Shown here: piece by piece, positions 19,235 through 29,114 of the stretch
Layout: each line of letters opens with the position of its first letter
Numbering within the stretch: position 1 is the first letter of the stretch
NCBI GenBank assembly: GCA_964638895.1
Contig: CAZWYY010000002.1
Coordinates: 1,626-65,625, forward strand
DNA: 64,000 nt
Source of the DNA: an uncultured Spirochaetaceae bacterium
GTDB lineage: Bacteria > Spirochaetota > Spirochaetia > SZUA-6 > RPPD01
Reading direction: 5' to 3'
Position numbers and translations under genes: made by a program
Notes under the pieces: model-generated
The model's database searches: none
What the model saw: the letters and a program-made list of their open reading frames with translations, nothing else
Told to the model about the DNA's origin: nothing

Positions 19235-20144
19235 ACAGTACATGGAGTATTTAAAGGGCGTAAGGAAACTGTCACCCCATACCATAGACGCCTATGCCTT
19301 GGACTTCAGGCAGTTTGCGCAGTTTCTTAAAGACGCGGGCTGCGACGAGGATGCCCTGGGTGTACAGGAAGTGCGCGCCTTTGTTTCCGATCTTTCCCGC
19401 AGTGGGCTTTCCTCAAAATCAATCAACCGGGTCATCTCCTCGCTGCGCAGTTATTACCGCTTCAAACAGCGCTACGGCTACTGCCGCACGAACCCTTTTA
19501 AAAGCATCAAGTGCCTCAGGGTGGACAGGTGGTTGCCGGTCTTCCTGTTCGAGGAGGAGGTGGAGGAGTTTTTAAACATTCCCGCAACGGATTTTATCTC
19601 CTTCCGGGACAAGCTGATTTTTGAGTTTCTCTACTCCACGGGCTGCCGTGTGGCCGAGGCCGCGGCCATAGACCTGCTGGATATCAACATCAAAGAGCAC
19701 ATGGTAAAGGTAAAGGGCAAGGGCGGCAAGGAAAGGCTCGTGTACCTGGGCAGGGGAGCGGCGGGCACGCTGCTTGAATATATCCCGCGGCGAAAAGCGT
19801 ATCTTGCGGGGATGAAAAACGCGGACGGCCGTGCGCTTTTTATCAACAAAAACGGGGGCAGGCTTACCACACGCGGCATACGTGATGTGGTGTACAAACA
19901 CCTGGACGCGGGCACCTGCGCCAAAAAGGTAAGCCCCCATACCTTCAGGCACAGCTTTGCCACGCATATCTTGAACCGGGGCGCGGATATCCGGGTGGTG
20001 CAGGAGCTCTTGGGTCATGCCAATATTTCCACCACCCAGGTATACACACACGTTGGTGTGGAAAAACTGAAATCCATTTACAGAAACAGCCATCCGCATG
20101 CCAGGATGAAAGGCGATATTGAGGAAGGAGAGGAAATACAATGA
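19206..20144 (+). CDS. xerC: Tyrosine recombinase XerC, in the CodV-like position upstream of hslVU.
   Basis: [36 protein letters not shown] catalytic region. The xerC-hslV-hslU synteny matches Bacillus and Borrelia. Confidence 0.75.
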   Translation: MMKSHETVHKQYMEYLKGVRKLSPHTIDAYALDFRQFAQFLKDAGCDEDALGVQEVRAFVSDLSRSGLSSKSINRVISSLRSYYRFKQRYGYCRTNPFKSIKCLRVDRWLPVFLFEEEVEEFLNIPATDFISFRDKLIFEFLYSTGCRVAEAAAIDLLDINIKEHMVKVKGKGGKERLVYLGRGAAGTLLEYIPRRKAYLAGMKNADGRALFINKNGGRLTTRGIRDVVYKHLDAGTCAKKVSPHTFRHSFATHILNRGADIRVVQELLGHANISTTQVYTHVGVEKLKSIYRNSHPHARMKGDIEEGEEIQ

Positions 20145-20674
20145 AGCGATTTCACGGAACGACCATTCTTGCGGTGTTAATAGACGGTAAACTGGCTATC
20201 GGCGGAGACGGCCAGGTGACCCTGGCGAATACCGTCATGAAGTCCAATGCGCGCAAGGTGCGCGCCATCTATGACGGGAAGATACTTGTGGGTTTCGCGG
20301 GGGCGACAGCTGACGCCTTTACCCTGTTCGAGCGCTTCGAGGGAAAAGTAAAGGAGTATTCCGGAGACCTGCTGCGGGCGGCGGTGGAGCTTGCCAAGGA
20401 CTGGAGAACCGATAGGATGCTGCGCAGGCTGGAGGCCATGCTCCTGGTGGGGGACAAGAAAAAAATATTATTGATTTCGGGAACCGGAGACGTGGTTGAG
20501 CCGGAAAGGGGCGTGATCGGTATCGGTTCCGGCGGAAACTACGCGTACGCCGCGGCCTTGGCCTACCTGGACTCGTCCGATATGTCCGCCAGGGAGATCG
20601 TGGAAAAATCATTGAAAATTGCGGCCGGAATATGTATCTATACAAATGAAGAAATCATCGTGGAGGAATTATAA
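20141..20674 (+). CDS. hslV: ATP-dependent protease subunit HslV.
   Basis: TTILAV N-terminal nucleophile motif, preceded by a short MKRFHG propeptide as in Bacillus CodW (ClpQ). Its start overlaps the xerC stop. Confidence 0.9.
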   Translation: MKRFHGTTILAVLIDGKLAIGGDGQVTLANTVMKSNARKVRAIYDGKILVGFAGATADAFTLFERFEGKVKEYSGDLLRAAVELAKDWRTDRMLRRLEAMLLVGDKKKILLISGTGDVVEPERGVIGIGSGGNYAYAAALAYLDSSDMSAREIVEKSLKIAAGICIYTNEEIIVEEL

Positions 20675-22068
20675 TGGATATTGATACCGATAAGATGACC
20701 CCGAAGGAGATCGTCGCCTCACTTGATAAATATATCATCGGGCAGGAAAAGGCCAAGCGCGCCGTGGCCATCGCCCTGCGCAACAGGTACCGGCGTACCA
20801 AGCTGCCGGAAGAGCTCAAAGACGAGGTGGCGCCCAAGAATATCATCATGATCGGGCCTACCGGGGTGGGAAAAACCGAAATAGCCCGCAGGCTGTCCAA
20901 ACTTACGGGAGCACCGTTCATCAAGGTGGAGGCCACCAAGTACACGGAGGTGGGCTACGTGGGCCGGGACGTGGAGTCCATGGTCAGAGATCTGGTCTCG
21001 GTGGCCATTTCAATGGTCAAGGCCGAGTTCCAGGAGACCGTAAAGGCCGAAGCCGAAAAGAGGGCGGAGGAGGCCCTGCTGGACCTGCTTTTGCCCGGAA
21101 GCAACAAGCCCGTGGCCGGGTCATCGGCGGGAAAGATCAGTGGGGCGATTGCGGAAAACGCGGCGGCGCAGACGGAACAGGCGGCGCAGTCCTCCACCAG
21201 GGAGAAGTTCAGGGAAAAACTGCGCAACGGCGAGCTGGACGACAAGCTGGTGGAGGTAAACATCACCAAACAGGCCTTTCCGTCCATTGAGATCTTCTCC
21301 GGAACCAGTTTCGAGGAGATGGATATAAACATCGGGGGCAACCTCTCAAACCTGCTGGGGGGGCGGAAAAAGAAAAAACGGGTTTCCGTAAAGCAGGCCA
21401 GGGAAATCCTTTTGGCCGAGGAGCGTGACAAACTCATAGATATGGACCGGGTGTCCGAGATCGCCAAGGAGCGGACGGAGCAGATGGGTATCATCTTTAT
21501 CGACGAGCTGGATAAGATCGCCTCCACCCAGAACAAGACCGGGGTGGACGTTTCACGCGAGGGCGTACAGCGCGATATTCTGCCCATCGTCGAGGGTTCC
21601 AAGGTCACCACGCGCTACGGCATCATAGACACGGCGCACATCCTGTTCATCGCGGCCGGGGCCTTTCATATGACCAAACCCTCGGACCTTATCCCCGAGC
21701 TCCAGGGGCGCTTCCCGCTGCGCGTGGAGCTCTCCGCGCTTACCAGTGATGATTTCAAGAAAATCCTCACCCAACCCAAAAACGCGCTGATCAAACAATA
21801 CGAGGAGCTTTTAAAAACCGAGGATGTAACGCTGAAGTTTGAGCAGGAGGCTATAGACCGGATTTCGGAGATCGCCACGGAGGTGAACTCCAGCACCGAG
21901 AATATCGGGGCGCGCCGGCTGCATACCATCATGGAAAACCTGTTGGAGGAGGTGTCCTTTCACGCTCCGGACCTTAAAGGCCAGACCATTGATATTACCA
22001 GGAAGTATGTGGACGACAAGCTGGGAGACATTATAGAAGACAGGGACGTCACCCGCTATATATTGTAA
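20674..22068 (+). CDS. hslU: ATP-dependent protease ATPase subunit HslU.
   Basis: GPTGVGKTEIARRLS Walker A motif, an I-domain insertion, and a C-terminus typical of HslU. Confidence 0.95.
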   Translation: MDIDTDKMTPKEIVASLDKYIIGQEKAKRAVAIALRNRYRRTKLPEELKDEVAPKNIIMIGPTGVGKTEIARRLSKLTGAPFIKVEATKYTEVGYVGRDVESMVRDLVSVAISMVKAEFQETVKAEAEKRAEEALLDLLLPGSNKPVAGSSAGKISGAIAENAAAQTEQAAQSSTREKFREKLRNGELDDKLVEVNITKQAFPSIEIFSGTSFEEMDINIGGNLSNLLGGRKKKKRVSVKQAREILLAEERDKLIDMDRVSEIAKERTEQMGIIFIDELDKIASTQNKTGVDVSREGVQRDILPIVEGSKVTTRYGIIDTAHILFIAAGAFHMTKPSDLIPELQGRFPLRVELSALTSDDFKKILTQPKNALIKQYEELLKTEDVTLKFEQEAIDRISEIATEVNSSTENIGARRLHTIMENLLEEVSFHAPDLKGQTIDITRKYVDDKLGDIIEDRDVTRYIL

Positions 22069-22085
22069 ACAAAGAGGCGGATAGG

Positions 22086-22120
22086 CCTAAGTTCGGGCCG
22101 TGTTTCAACCGAAACTTAGG
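22086..22120 (+). promoter_or_regulatory. Stem-loop in the hslU-flgB spacer immediately before the flgB ribosome-binding site. Possible mRNA-processing or attenuation element.
   Basis: CCTAAGTTCGG...CCGAAACTTAGG inverted repeat, followed by TAAGGAGG and then an ATG. No T-tract follows the stem. Confidence 0.3.
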
Positions 22121-22138
22121 TAAGGAGGAAAAAAGGGA

Positions 22139-22558
22139 ATGTATTATACACCGGCTTTTGAAAAAAATTTGAACATGCTGCAAAAGAGCCTGGACGCCTC
22201 GCTCCTGCGCTATAACGTGATCGCAAATAATATCGCGAACTCGGAAACACCCAACTTCAAGCGTTCGGTGGTGAACTTCGAGGCCCAGTTGAAGCGCGCG
22301 CTTGACGCCGAAAAGGTAAAACCCTCTTTTCCCGGGAAGCTGAAATTCAAACGGGGTGTATCGTTCTTTACGCCCAAGACATACAGGGACGTGGAGCCCA
22401 AGGTGGTGCTTGATTATCTGACCACCGCCAAGAACAACGGGAACAACGTGGACATCGACGAAGAGATGATGAACGCGGTTTCCACGCAGCTACAGTACCA
22501 GACAATGCTGCAGGCGGTAAACAGCGAGTTCATGCGCCTGAATATGGTGCTGAGATAG
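22139..22558 (+). CDS. flgB: Flagellar basal-body rod protein FlgB.
   Basis: RYNVIANNIANSETPNFKRS rod-protein N-terminus. It is the first gene of the flagellar operon. Confidence 0.9.
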   Translation: MYYTPAFEKNLNMLQKSLDASLLRYNVIANNIANSETPNFKRSVVNFEAQLKRALDAEKVKPSFPGKLKFKRGVSFFTPKTYRDVEPKVVLDYLTTAKNNGNNVDIDEEMMNAVSTQLQYQTMLQAVNSEFMRLNMVLR

Positions 22559-22572
22559 AAGGAGAGAGTTGA

Positions 22573-23031
22573 ATGGGGATTTATACGGCGTTAAACACGG
22601 CGTCTTCCGGGCTGACCGCGGAACGCACACGCCTGGATGTCATCGCCGACAATCTTGCCAATGTCGATACCACGCGCACGCCTGAGGGCGGGCCGTTCAG
22701 GCGCAGCAGGGTGGTGTTCAGGCCGCGGGTTTCCCAGCCGTACTGGCGTAGCCCGTTCCTGCCCAAATACCTGGAGAACCAGATCGGTAGGGGAGTAAGG
22801 ATCGTGGATATCCAGAAGGATTATATGTCCAAGCCCAGGCTGGTCTGGGACCCCACGCATCCGGACGCCATCAAGACCGGACCGCAGAAGGGGTATGTCG
22901 AGTATCCGAACGTAAACGTGGTCAGTGAAATGGTCGATATGATATCCGCCTCACGCGCTTATGAGGCGAATGTTACCATTATAAACGGCGCGAAAAGCAT
23001 GTTCTTAAAGGCCTTGGAAGTAGGGAGGTAA
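22573..23031 (+). CDS. flgC: Flagellar basal-body rod protein FlgC.
   Basis: ALNTASSGLTAERTRLDVIADNLANVDTTRT. Confidence 0.9.
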   Translation: MGIYTALNTASSGLTAERTRLDVIADNLANVDTTRTPEGGPFRRSRVVFRPRVSQPYWRSPFLPKYLENQIGRGVRIVDIQKDYMSKPRLVWDPTHPDAIKTGPQKGYVEYPNVNVVSEMVDMISASRAYEANVTIINGAKSMFLKALEVGR

Positions 23032-23034
23032 TAG

Positions 23035-23373
23035 ATGCCGGGTTTTTATAATACATTTACATCGGGAGTTTTCAGACACAAAACCGGGCCCATACAGGTG
23101 GAGCCCAAGTATTTCGAGCGCTTCGACCGGCAGAAGGCCGGGCAGGTAAAGGGTAAGGGCTTTGCCGAGACCCTGGCCGGCGCGCTGGGCGACGTAAACG
23201 ATATGCAGATGAACGCGTACAATCTTACGCAAAAGTTTATCACGGAGCCGGGATCGGTCGATGTGCATGACCTTACCCTGGGTATGGCCAAAGCCAATCT
23301 TTCACTGTCCATAACCAAGGCCATCTTCGACAGGGCGCTGCGCGCGTATAACGAGATTATTAACATAAGGTAA
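23035..23373 (+). CDS. fliE: Flagellar hook-basal body complex protein FliE.
   Basis: 112 aa. C-terminus DVHDLTLGMAKANLSLSITKAIFDRALRAYNEIINIR is typical of FliE. Confidence 0.85.
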   Translation: MPGFYNTFTSGVFRHKTGPIQVEPKYFERFDRQKAGQVKGKGFAETLAGALGDVNDMQMNAYNLTQKFITEPGSVDVHDLTLGMAKANLSLSITKAIFDRALRAYNEIINIR

Positions 23374-23437
23374 AAAAGTAGCGGTTGAAGCAGTAAATTG
23401 CATCAACGGATTATTCCGTTCATTAAAGGGAGGGGAA

Positions 23438-25156
23438 ATGAACGAATGGTTAAAAAAAATAATTGAACAGATAAAGACACTCTGGAAAAAATGGTCGCTT
23501 AATCAGAAGATCATTATCTTTGCCGTGGCCGGCGTGGCCATTATCGCGCTGATTCTCTTGTTCAGCCTGAGTGCGGCGCCTTCACGCCCGCCGCTGTTTC
23601 GCACGGCCATTACGGATGAAGCAAAGCTGCATCGCATTACCACGCGCCTGGATGAGGAGGGCGTGGATTATACGGTGGAAAACAATATCATCTATATGAA
23701 GGATGAAAAAACCGCCATGCGCATGCGCGACATACTCATTCGCGAGGATCTGGTACCCGACGGCGTTGATCCCTGGGCTGTGTTCGATATGGAGCGCTGG
23801 ACGCTTACGGATTTCGAGCGAAACACCAACCTGAAACGCGCTTTGGAAGCAAAACTCAAGCAACATATTCTGGCGCTCAACGATGTGGACGCGGTGAGTA
23901 TAGACCTGTCCGTGCCGGACAAGGAGCTTCTGGAAGAAGACCAGAAACCCATCACCTGTTCCGTGATCATCACGCCCAAACCCGGGTCGGACATCACAAC
24001 AAGCAGGAAGAAGATAGAGGGAATCGAGAAACTCATCATGTTCGCGGTTTCGGGCCTGAAGAAGGAGAACATCTTCATCACGGACGAGATCAGCGGGGTG
24101 CACCTGAACGACTTTGATTCAGAGGAGGTCAAGGAAGGCGAGCGCCTGGAGATCGCTAAAAAAGAACTCAAGATCAAGGATGATGAAGAAAAGAGGATGA
24201 AGACGGAGATATATAAGGAGCTGAGTAAGATATTCACGCCGGACAGAATCCGCATCGTCAGGATCGATATAGACCTGGATATGAGTAAGAAATCTACCGA
24301 GACGGAGGAGTACTTTCCCATAGAGATGCGGCCGGACAACCCTAAAACGGCCTGGGACGAGTCGGAATACAAGGAGTCGATCACAAAACACCAGGCAACT
24401 GAAAATGAGGCGTTCAAGGGCACGGGATTCAATCCCGAGGGTCCCCCGGGAACCGAGGGCCAGGTGCCCCCGGCTTTCAAGGACCTTTCCAATCTGCAGG
24501 GTACCTATGATCGGAGCGTGAATGAGGTGGAAAACGCCATCAATTCACGCAAGATTCACATGCAGGACAGGCCCTGGACCATAAAGCGCCTTACCCTGGG
24601 TATCGCCATAGACGGACGCTGGAAAAAGGTGCGGGACGAAAACACGGGAGAATTGGTGTTCAATCCGGACGGGAGCGTAAAGCGCGAGTATATACCGATA
24701 TCGGCCGATGAGATCAATACCGCACGCAAGGTTATCGAAGGCGCGGTGGGATATAAGCGGGAACGGGGAGATATCGTCACCGTGGAGACCATGCAATTCG
24801 ACAGGACGGCACAGTTTCTGCAGGAAGACGAAATGTATCGGGGTCAAAAGGCATTGCAGAGAGTCGTTTTTTGGATCATAATAGGGATAGGGCTGATCTT
24901 TGTAGCCATAATTGCCTTTAGGATACTTTCACGGTATCTTGAAAGGAGAAGGCGTCTCAAAGAGGAAGAGCTTGCGCGTCAGCACCAGGCCATGCGTGAG
25001 GCGGCCCTGCGCAGCGCCGAGGAAAAGGGTGTTGAGGTTGAGCTCTCCGTTGAAGAGCGGGCGCGGCTTGAGATGCAGGAGAACGCCATTAATATGGCGC
25101 GTGAACATCCGGAGGACGTCGCCCAGCTTATCAGAACATGGTTACTGGAGGAATAA
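23438..25156 (+). CDS. fliF: Flagellar M-ring (MS-ring) protein FliF.
   Basis: 572 aa with N-terminal and late transmembrane segments, in the position between fliE and fliG. Confidence 0.9.
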   Translation: MNEWLKKIIEQIKTLWKKWSLNQKIIIFAVAGVAIIALILLFSLSAAPSRPPLFRTAITDEAKLHRITTRLDEEGVDYTVENNIIYMKDEKTAMRMRDILIREDLVPDGVDPWAVFDMERWTLTDFERNTNLKRALEAKLKQHILALNDVDAVSIDLSVPDKELLEEDQKPITCSVIITPKPGSDITTSRKKIEGIEKLIMFAVSGLKKENIFITDEISGVHLNDFDSEEVKEGERLEIAKKELKIKDDEEKRMKTEIYKELSKIFTPDRIRIVRIDIDLDMSKKSTETEEYFPIEMRPDNPKTAWDESEYKESITKHQATENEAFKGTGFNPEGPPGTEGQVPPAFKDLSNLQGTYDRSVNEVENAINSRKIHMQDRPWTIKRLTLGIAIDGRWKKVRDENTGELVFNPDGSVKREYIPISADEINTARKVIEGAVGYKRERGDIVTVETMQFDRTAQFLQEDEMYRGQKALQRVVFWIIIGIGLIFVAIIAFRILSRYLERRRRLKEEELARQHQAMREAALRSAEEKGVEVELSVEERARLEMQENAINMAREHPEDVAQLIRTWLLEE

Positions 25157-25159
25157 ACC

Positions 25160-26272
25160 ATGGCGAAAAAAACATCAAGCACGGCAACCGCGGCGGCCGC
25201 CGCAGCGGCACCGGCAGCGGCAGCAGTACATACCACCGCGCGGAAGCACACGGTACAGCACAGTACGCATAAAAAACAGCTTACCGGACGCCAGAAGGCC
25301 GCGATCTTCCTGGTAACCCTGGGTTCGGAGATATCCGCCGAGATTTTTAAGCACCTGCGCGAGGATGAAATAGAACAGCTTACCTTCGAGATCGCGCGCC
25401 TGGAGAGTATCGAGCCCGAGGACAGGGATAAGGTGTTGATGGAGTTCCAGGAGCTCATGATGGCCCAAGACTTCATTACCACCGGCGGTATCGATTACGC
25501 ACGCGAACTCCTGGAAAAATCGCTCGGCACGCAGAAGGCGGTTGACATCATCAACAGATTGACCAGTTCGCTGCAGGTACGGCCCTTCGACTTTATCCGG
25601 AGGACGGACCCGGCCCACCTGTTAAACTTTATTCAACAGGAACACCCGCAGACCATCGCCCTGATCCTGGCCTACCTCGAGCCGCAGAAGGCCAGTGTGA
25701 TCCTGGGCAGCCTGCCTCACGAAATACAGTCCGATGTGGCAAAACGCATAGCCACCATGGACCGTACCTCACCGGAGGTGCTGCGCGAGGTTGAAAGGGT
25801 TCTAGAGAAAAAACTCTCCACCCTGTCCTCCGAAGACTATACGGCGGCAGGCGGCGTGGAAAGCATCGTAGAGATCCTGAACCTGGTGGACAGATCCACG
25901 GAAAAAACCATAATAGAATCTTTGGAAGAGGACGACCCGGAACTGGCCGAAGAGATCAAGAAGCGCATGTTCGTGTTCGAGGATATCGTGCTGCTTGACG
26001 ACCGTGCCATCCAGAAGGTGCTGCGCGAGGTCGACACAACCGAGCTGGCCAAGGCTTTGAAGGCGGTTGATTCCGAGGTGCAGGACAAGATATTCCGCAA
26101 CATGTCGCGCAGGGCGTCCACCCTGTTGAAAGAGGACATGGAGTACATGGGACCCATCCGCCTGAAGGACGTTGAGGAGTCGCAGCAGAAGATCGTGGCC
26201 ATTATCCGCAAACTGGAAGAACAGGGCGAGATCGTGGTGGCGCGCGCGGGTGAGGATGAGCTGGTTGTATAA
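25160..26272 (+). CDS. fliG: Flagellar motor switch protein FliG, with an Ala/Thr-rich N-terminal extension of about 45 aa.
   Basis: Conserved FliG core (LTGRQKAAIFLVTLGSEISAEIFKHL...) preceded by MAKKTSSTATAAAAAAAPAAAAVHTTARKHTVQHSTHKKQ. Confidence 0.9.
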   Translation: MAKKTSSTATAAAAAAAPAAAAVHTTARKHTVQHSTHKKQLTGRQKAAIFLVTLGSEISAEIFKHLREDEIEQLTFEIARLESIEPEDRDKVLMEFQELMMAQDFITTGGIDYARELLEKSLGTQKAVDIINRLTSSLQVRPFDFIRRTDPAHLLNFIQQEHPQTIALILAYLEPQKASVILGSLPHEIQSDVAKRIATMDRTSPEVLREVERVLEKKLSTLSSEDYTAAGGVESIVEILNLVDRSTEKTIIESLEEDDPELAEEIKKRMFVFEDIVLLDDRAIQKVLREVDTTELAKALKAVDSEVQDKIFRNMSRRASTLLKEDMEYMGPIRLKDVEESQQKIVAIIRKLEEQGEIVVARAGEDELVV

Positions 26273-26384
26273 AGGGCCTTCCGGGCCCGCATAAAATCGG
26301 TGCGGGATATGGTTTAAGGACGTCTCTCTCCGCCGCCGGTTTATGGTCCGCAGCAGGTCCCAATACGAACGTAAGGAGAAAACC

Positions 26385-27299
26385 GTGGCAAAAAATGTTT
26401 TTCGGCCTACGGAAGTGATAAACGTAACCAAGAAGGTGTTCATAGAGCCTCCCAGGGTTATAGAAAAGGAAGAACCAAAGGTCGTCCCGAAAACGGTTGA
26501 GGAATATACCGGCCCGTCGATCGATGATGTGCGCAGGGAGGCGGAGGAGTTCAAGGCGCGTTGGGACCAGGAGCGGGAGCAGAAGATACAGGAGGCCCGG
26601 GCCGAGGCGGAGCGCATCGTCAAGGACGCCGAGGCCGTTGCCTTTGAAGAGGTTAAAAAGAAAAACAACCAGGCCCAGAAAATAAAGCAGGAGGCCGAGG
26701 CCGAGGCCAAACAGCTTCTTGAGAACGCCAAAAAGGAGGCGGCCGAGCTGGAGGCTGAGGTCAAAGAGCGGGTTGAAAAAATAGAGAACCAGGCCTACGA
26801 GAAGGGGTACCGTGACGGCCATGATAAGGGTTTTGCTCAAGGTAAGGACGAGATGCAGCGGCTGGTAGACCGGCTGCACATGATCATTACCAAGGCCATT
26901 GACAAACGCAATGAGATCATCGAAGAATCCGAAACGCAGATCATCAATATTGTGCTGCTTATCGCCAAGAAGGTCATTAAGGTGATCTCGGAGAACCAGA
27001 AGAACGTTGTGATAAACAATGTGATTCAGGCGCTCCGAAAACTGAAAAGCCGCGGGGACGTGGTGATCAGGGTGAACCTGAGCGACCTGGACCTTACCAC
27101 CGAGCATATAAAGGATTTCATGGGCATGGTGGAGAACGTAAAGTCCATTACCGTGCTGGAAGACTCCTCGGTGGACAAGGGCGGCTGTATCATAGAAACG
27201 GACTTCGGGCAGATTGACGCGCGTATTTCAAGCCAGTTGCACGAAATCGAGGAGAACATCGTAGAGCTTATGCCCATCCGCACCAAGGGTGAGCAGTAA
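26385..27299 (+). CDS. fliH: Flagellar assembly protein FliH.
   Basis: E/K/A-rich coiled region plus a C-terminal FliH domain, in the position before fliI. GTG start about 6 nt after an AGGAGAAAA ribosome-binding site. The ATG at 26343 is an alternative start. Confidence 0.7.
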   Translation: MAKNVFRPTEVINVTKKVFIEPPRVIEKEEPKVVPKTVEEYTGPSIDDVRREAEEFKARWDQEREQKIQEARAEAERIVKDAEAVAFEEVKKKNNQAQKIKQEAEAEAKQLLENAKKEAAELEAEVKERVEKIENQAYEKGYRDGHDKGFAQGKDEMQRLVDRLHMIITKAIDKRNEIIEESETQIINIVLLIAKKVIKVISENQKNVVINNVIQALRKLKSRGDVVIRVNLSDLDLTTEHIKDFMGMVENVKSITVLEDSSVDKGGCIIETDFGQIDARISSQLHEIEENIVELMPIRTKGEQ

Positions 27300-27335
27300 C
27301 GTAGGTCTAGTTTTAAAAGCGGAGGGGAACCTAAA

Positions 27336-28652
27336 TTGAGTATTTTCGATAAATATACCAAAATCCTGGAAAAAATGGACCCCATAAAATGCACAGGCGT
27401 GGTTGAGCGCTTCAGAGGCCTGCTTATCGAAAGCAACGGGCCCATGGCGGTGGTGGGGGAGCTCTGCCAGATACTCATTCCCAAGGGCAGCGGCGTAATC
27501 TGGGCCGAGGTGGTGGGGTTAAACGGCAAAACCGTGCAGCTGATGCCCTATGACGAGATGGAAGGCATAGAGGTAGGGTGCATTGTCATTGCCATGGGAT
27601 ATAGTCTAAGCATTCCTGTTTCGGACAGGCTTTTAGGCAGGGTGCTCGACGCCATGGGCAGGCCCATAGACGGCAAGGGTGATATAGGCTCCCCCCAGTT
27701 GTATTCGATCTTCAACACCCCGCCCCATGTGCTGCACAGGAAGCGTATCGTCGAGCCTGTGGCCACCGGCGTTCGTTCCATCGACGGGCTTCTGACCGTG
27801 GGCAAGGGCCAGCGTATGGGTATATTTTCGGGCAGCGGAATCGGCAAGTCCACCATGTTGGGCATGATCGCGCGCAACACCTCGGCCGACGTGAACGTGA
27901 TCGCGCTTATCGGCGAACGGGGCAGGGAGGTAAGGGAATTTATCGAAAACGACCTGGGGGAGGAAGGCCTCAAGCGCTCGGTGATCGTGGTGGCCTCATC
28001 CAACAAGCCCCCGCTGGCGCGTATCAGGGGCGCGTTTGTGGCCACAGCCATTGCAGAGTATTTTCGTGATACGGGCAGGGACGTGATGCTGATGTTCGAT
28101 TCCGTCACCCGTTTTGCGCGCGCACAGCGCGAGATAGGCCTGGCCGTGGGCGAACCGCCCGCCAACCGCGGGTTTACGCCTTCGGTGTTTTCCATGCTGC
28201 CCAAACTGCTGGAACGCTGCGGAACCTCGGAAAACGGGACCATCACGGGTTTTTACACCATTCTGGTCGAGGGCGACGACATGGATGAGCCCGTCTCCGA
28301 CGCGGTGCGGGGCATTCTGGACGGGCACGTGGTGCTGACCAGAAAACTCGCCCAGAGAAACCATTACCCGGCCGTGGACGTGTTGCAGTCCGTTTCCCGT
28401 CTCAGCGTATATGTCACCTCGGCCGAACTGCAGAAGGCGGTGGGGTACATCAAGCGCATGCTGGCCGTGTATTACGACGCCGAAGACCTAATTAACGTCG
28501 GCGCCTATGCAGCGGGCTCCAATCCTGAGATAGACGAGGCCATCGGTAAGATACAGGATATCAATACATTCCTGCGGCAGGCTATTTTTGAGAAGTCCTC
28601 ACTTGAGGAAACCTTCTCCCATATCGGACGGATCTCGGGGATGCAGGTATGA
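27336..28652 (+). CDS. fliI: Flagellum-specific ATPase FliI.
   Basis: GSGIGKSTMLGMIARN Walker A motif and an F1-ATPase-like fold. TTG start after a GGAGGGGAA ribosome-binding site. Confidence 0.95.
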   Translation: MSIFDKYTKILEKMDPIKCTGVVERFRGLLIESNGPMAVVGELCQILIPKGSGVIWAEVVGLNGKTVQLMPYDEMEGIEVGCIVIAMGYSLSIPVSDRLLGRVLDAMGRPIDGKGDIGSPQLYSIFNTPPHVLHRKRIVEPVATGVRSIDGLLTVGKGQRMGIFSGSGIGKSTMLGMIARNTSADVNVIALIGERGREVREFIENDLGEEGLKRSVIVVASSNKPPLARIRGAFVATAIAEYFRDTGRDVMLMFDSVTRFARAQREIGLAVGEPPANRGFTPSVFSMLPKLLERCGTSENGTITGFYTILVEGDDMDEPVSDAVRGILDGHVVLTRKLAQRNHYPAVDVLQSVSRLSVYVTSAELQKAVGYIKRMLAVYYDAEDLINVGAYAAGSNPEIDEAIGKIQDINTFLRQAIFEKSSLEETFSHIGRISGMQV

Positions 28653-29110
28653 AACGTTTCAGTTTCAGGTTGGAGAGGTTGCTTACCATAAAGCGCTATA
28701 AGGAGCGTGAGTGGGAGATGAAGCTGGCAGATATAACGGGGCAGGTCATTCTATTGGAAAATAAAATCAAAGAAAGCAGGGAACGGATTGGGCGTATGCT
28801 TGATGAGCGCCGCCCGGCCGCCGGGATAATCGACATATACGGCCTTATTTCCAATGAAATGTACATTGCGCGCATGAGGCAGACCATTATAAACTGCGGC
28901 ATTCGGCTGGAACGCAAAAAACGTGAACGGGAAGAGATACAAAAGAAGTTTCTTGAAGCGTCAAAAGAAAAAAAAGTCCTGGAGAAATTGAAACAGAGAA
29001 AAGAGGAAGAGCATTATAAAGAAGCAAAGAAAGAAGAGTTTAAAGTTGTCGATGATATAAATACGGGAGATCAAATCCGTAAAACCCTCACCCTGAAAAC
29101 AAAGGAGTAA
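28649..29110 (+). CDS. fliJ: Flagellar export chaperone FliJ.
   Basis: 153-aa coiled coil with ATGA overlap to fliI, as is typical for FliJ. Confidence 0.7.
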   Translation: MKRFSFRLERLLTIKRYKEREWEMKLADITGQVILLENKIKESRERIGRMLDERRPAAGIIDIYGLISNEMYIARMRQTIINCGIRLERKKREREEIQKKFLEASKEKKVLEKLKQRKEEEHYKEAKKEEFKVVDDINTGDQIRKTLTLKTKE

Positions 29111-29114
29111 CGGT

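Noticed and set aside
14253-20144. Two tyrosine recombinases 5 kb apart. Could they mark an integrated element?
   Set aside because: Both have XerC/XerD-type catalytic regions. They sit in conserved housekeeping synteny (xerC-hslVU; dprA-topA). No att-like repeats, tRNA or phage/transposase genes nearby. The intervening GC content is the same as the flanks.
23692-27529. Several 150-320-aa minus-strand ORFs across fliF, fliG and fliH.
   Set aside because: Antisense to the contiguous flagellar operon. The charged, coiled + strand genes create long open reverse frames. Serine-rich nonsense translations.
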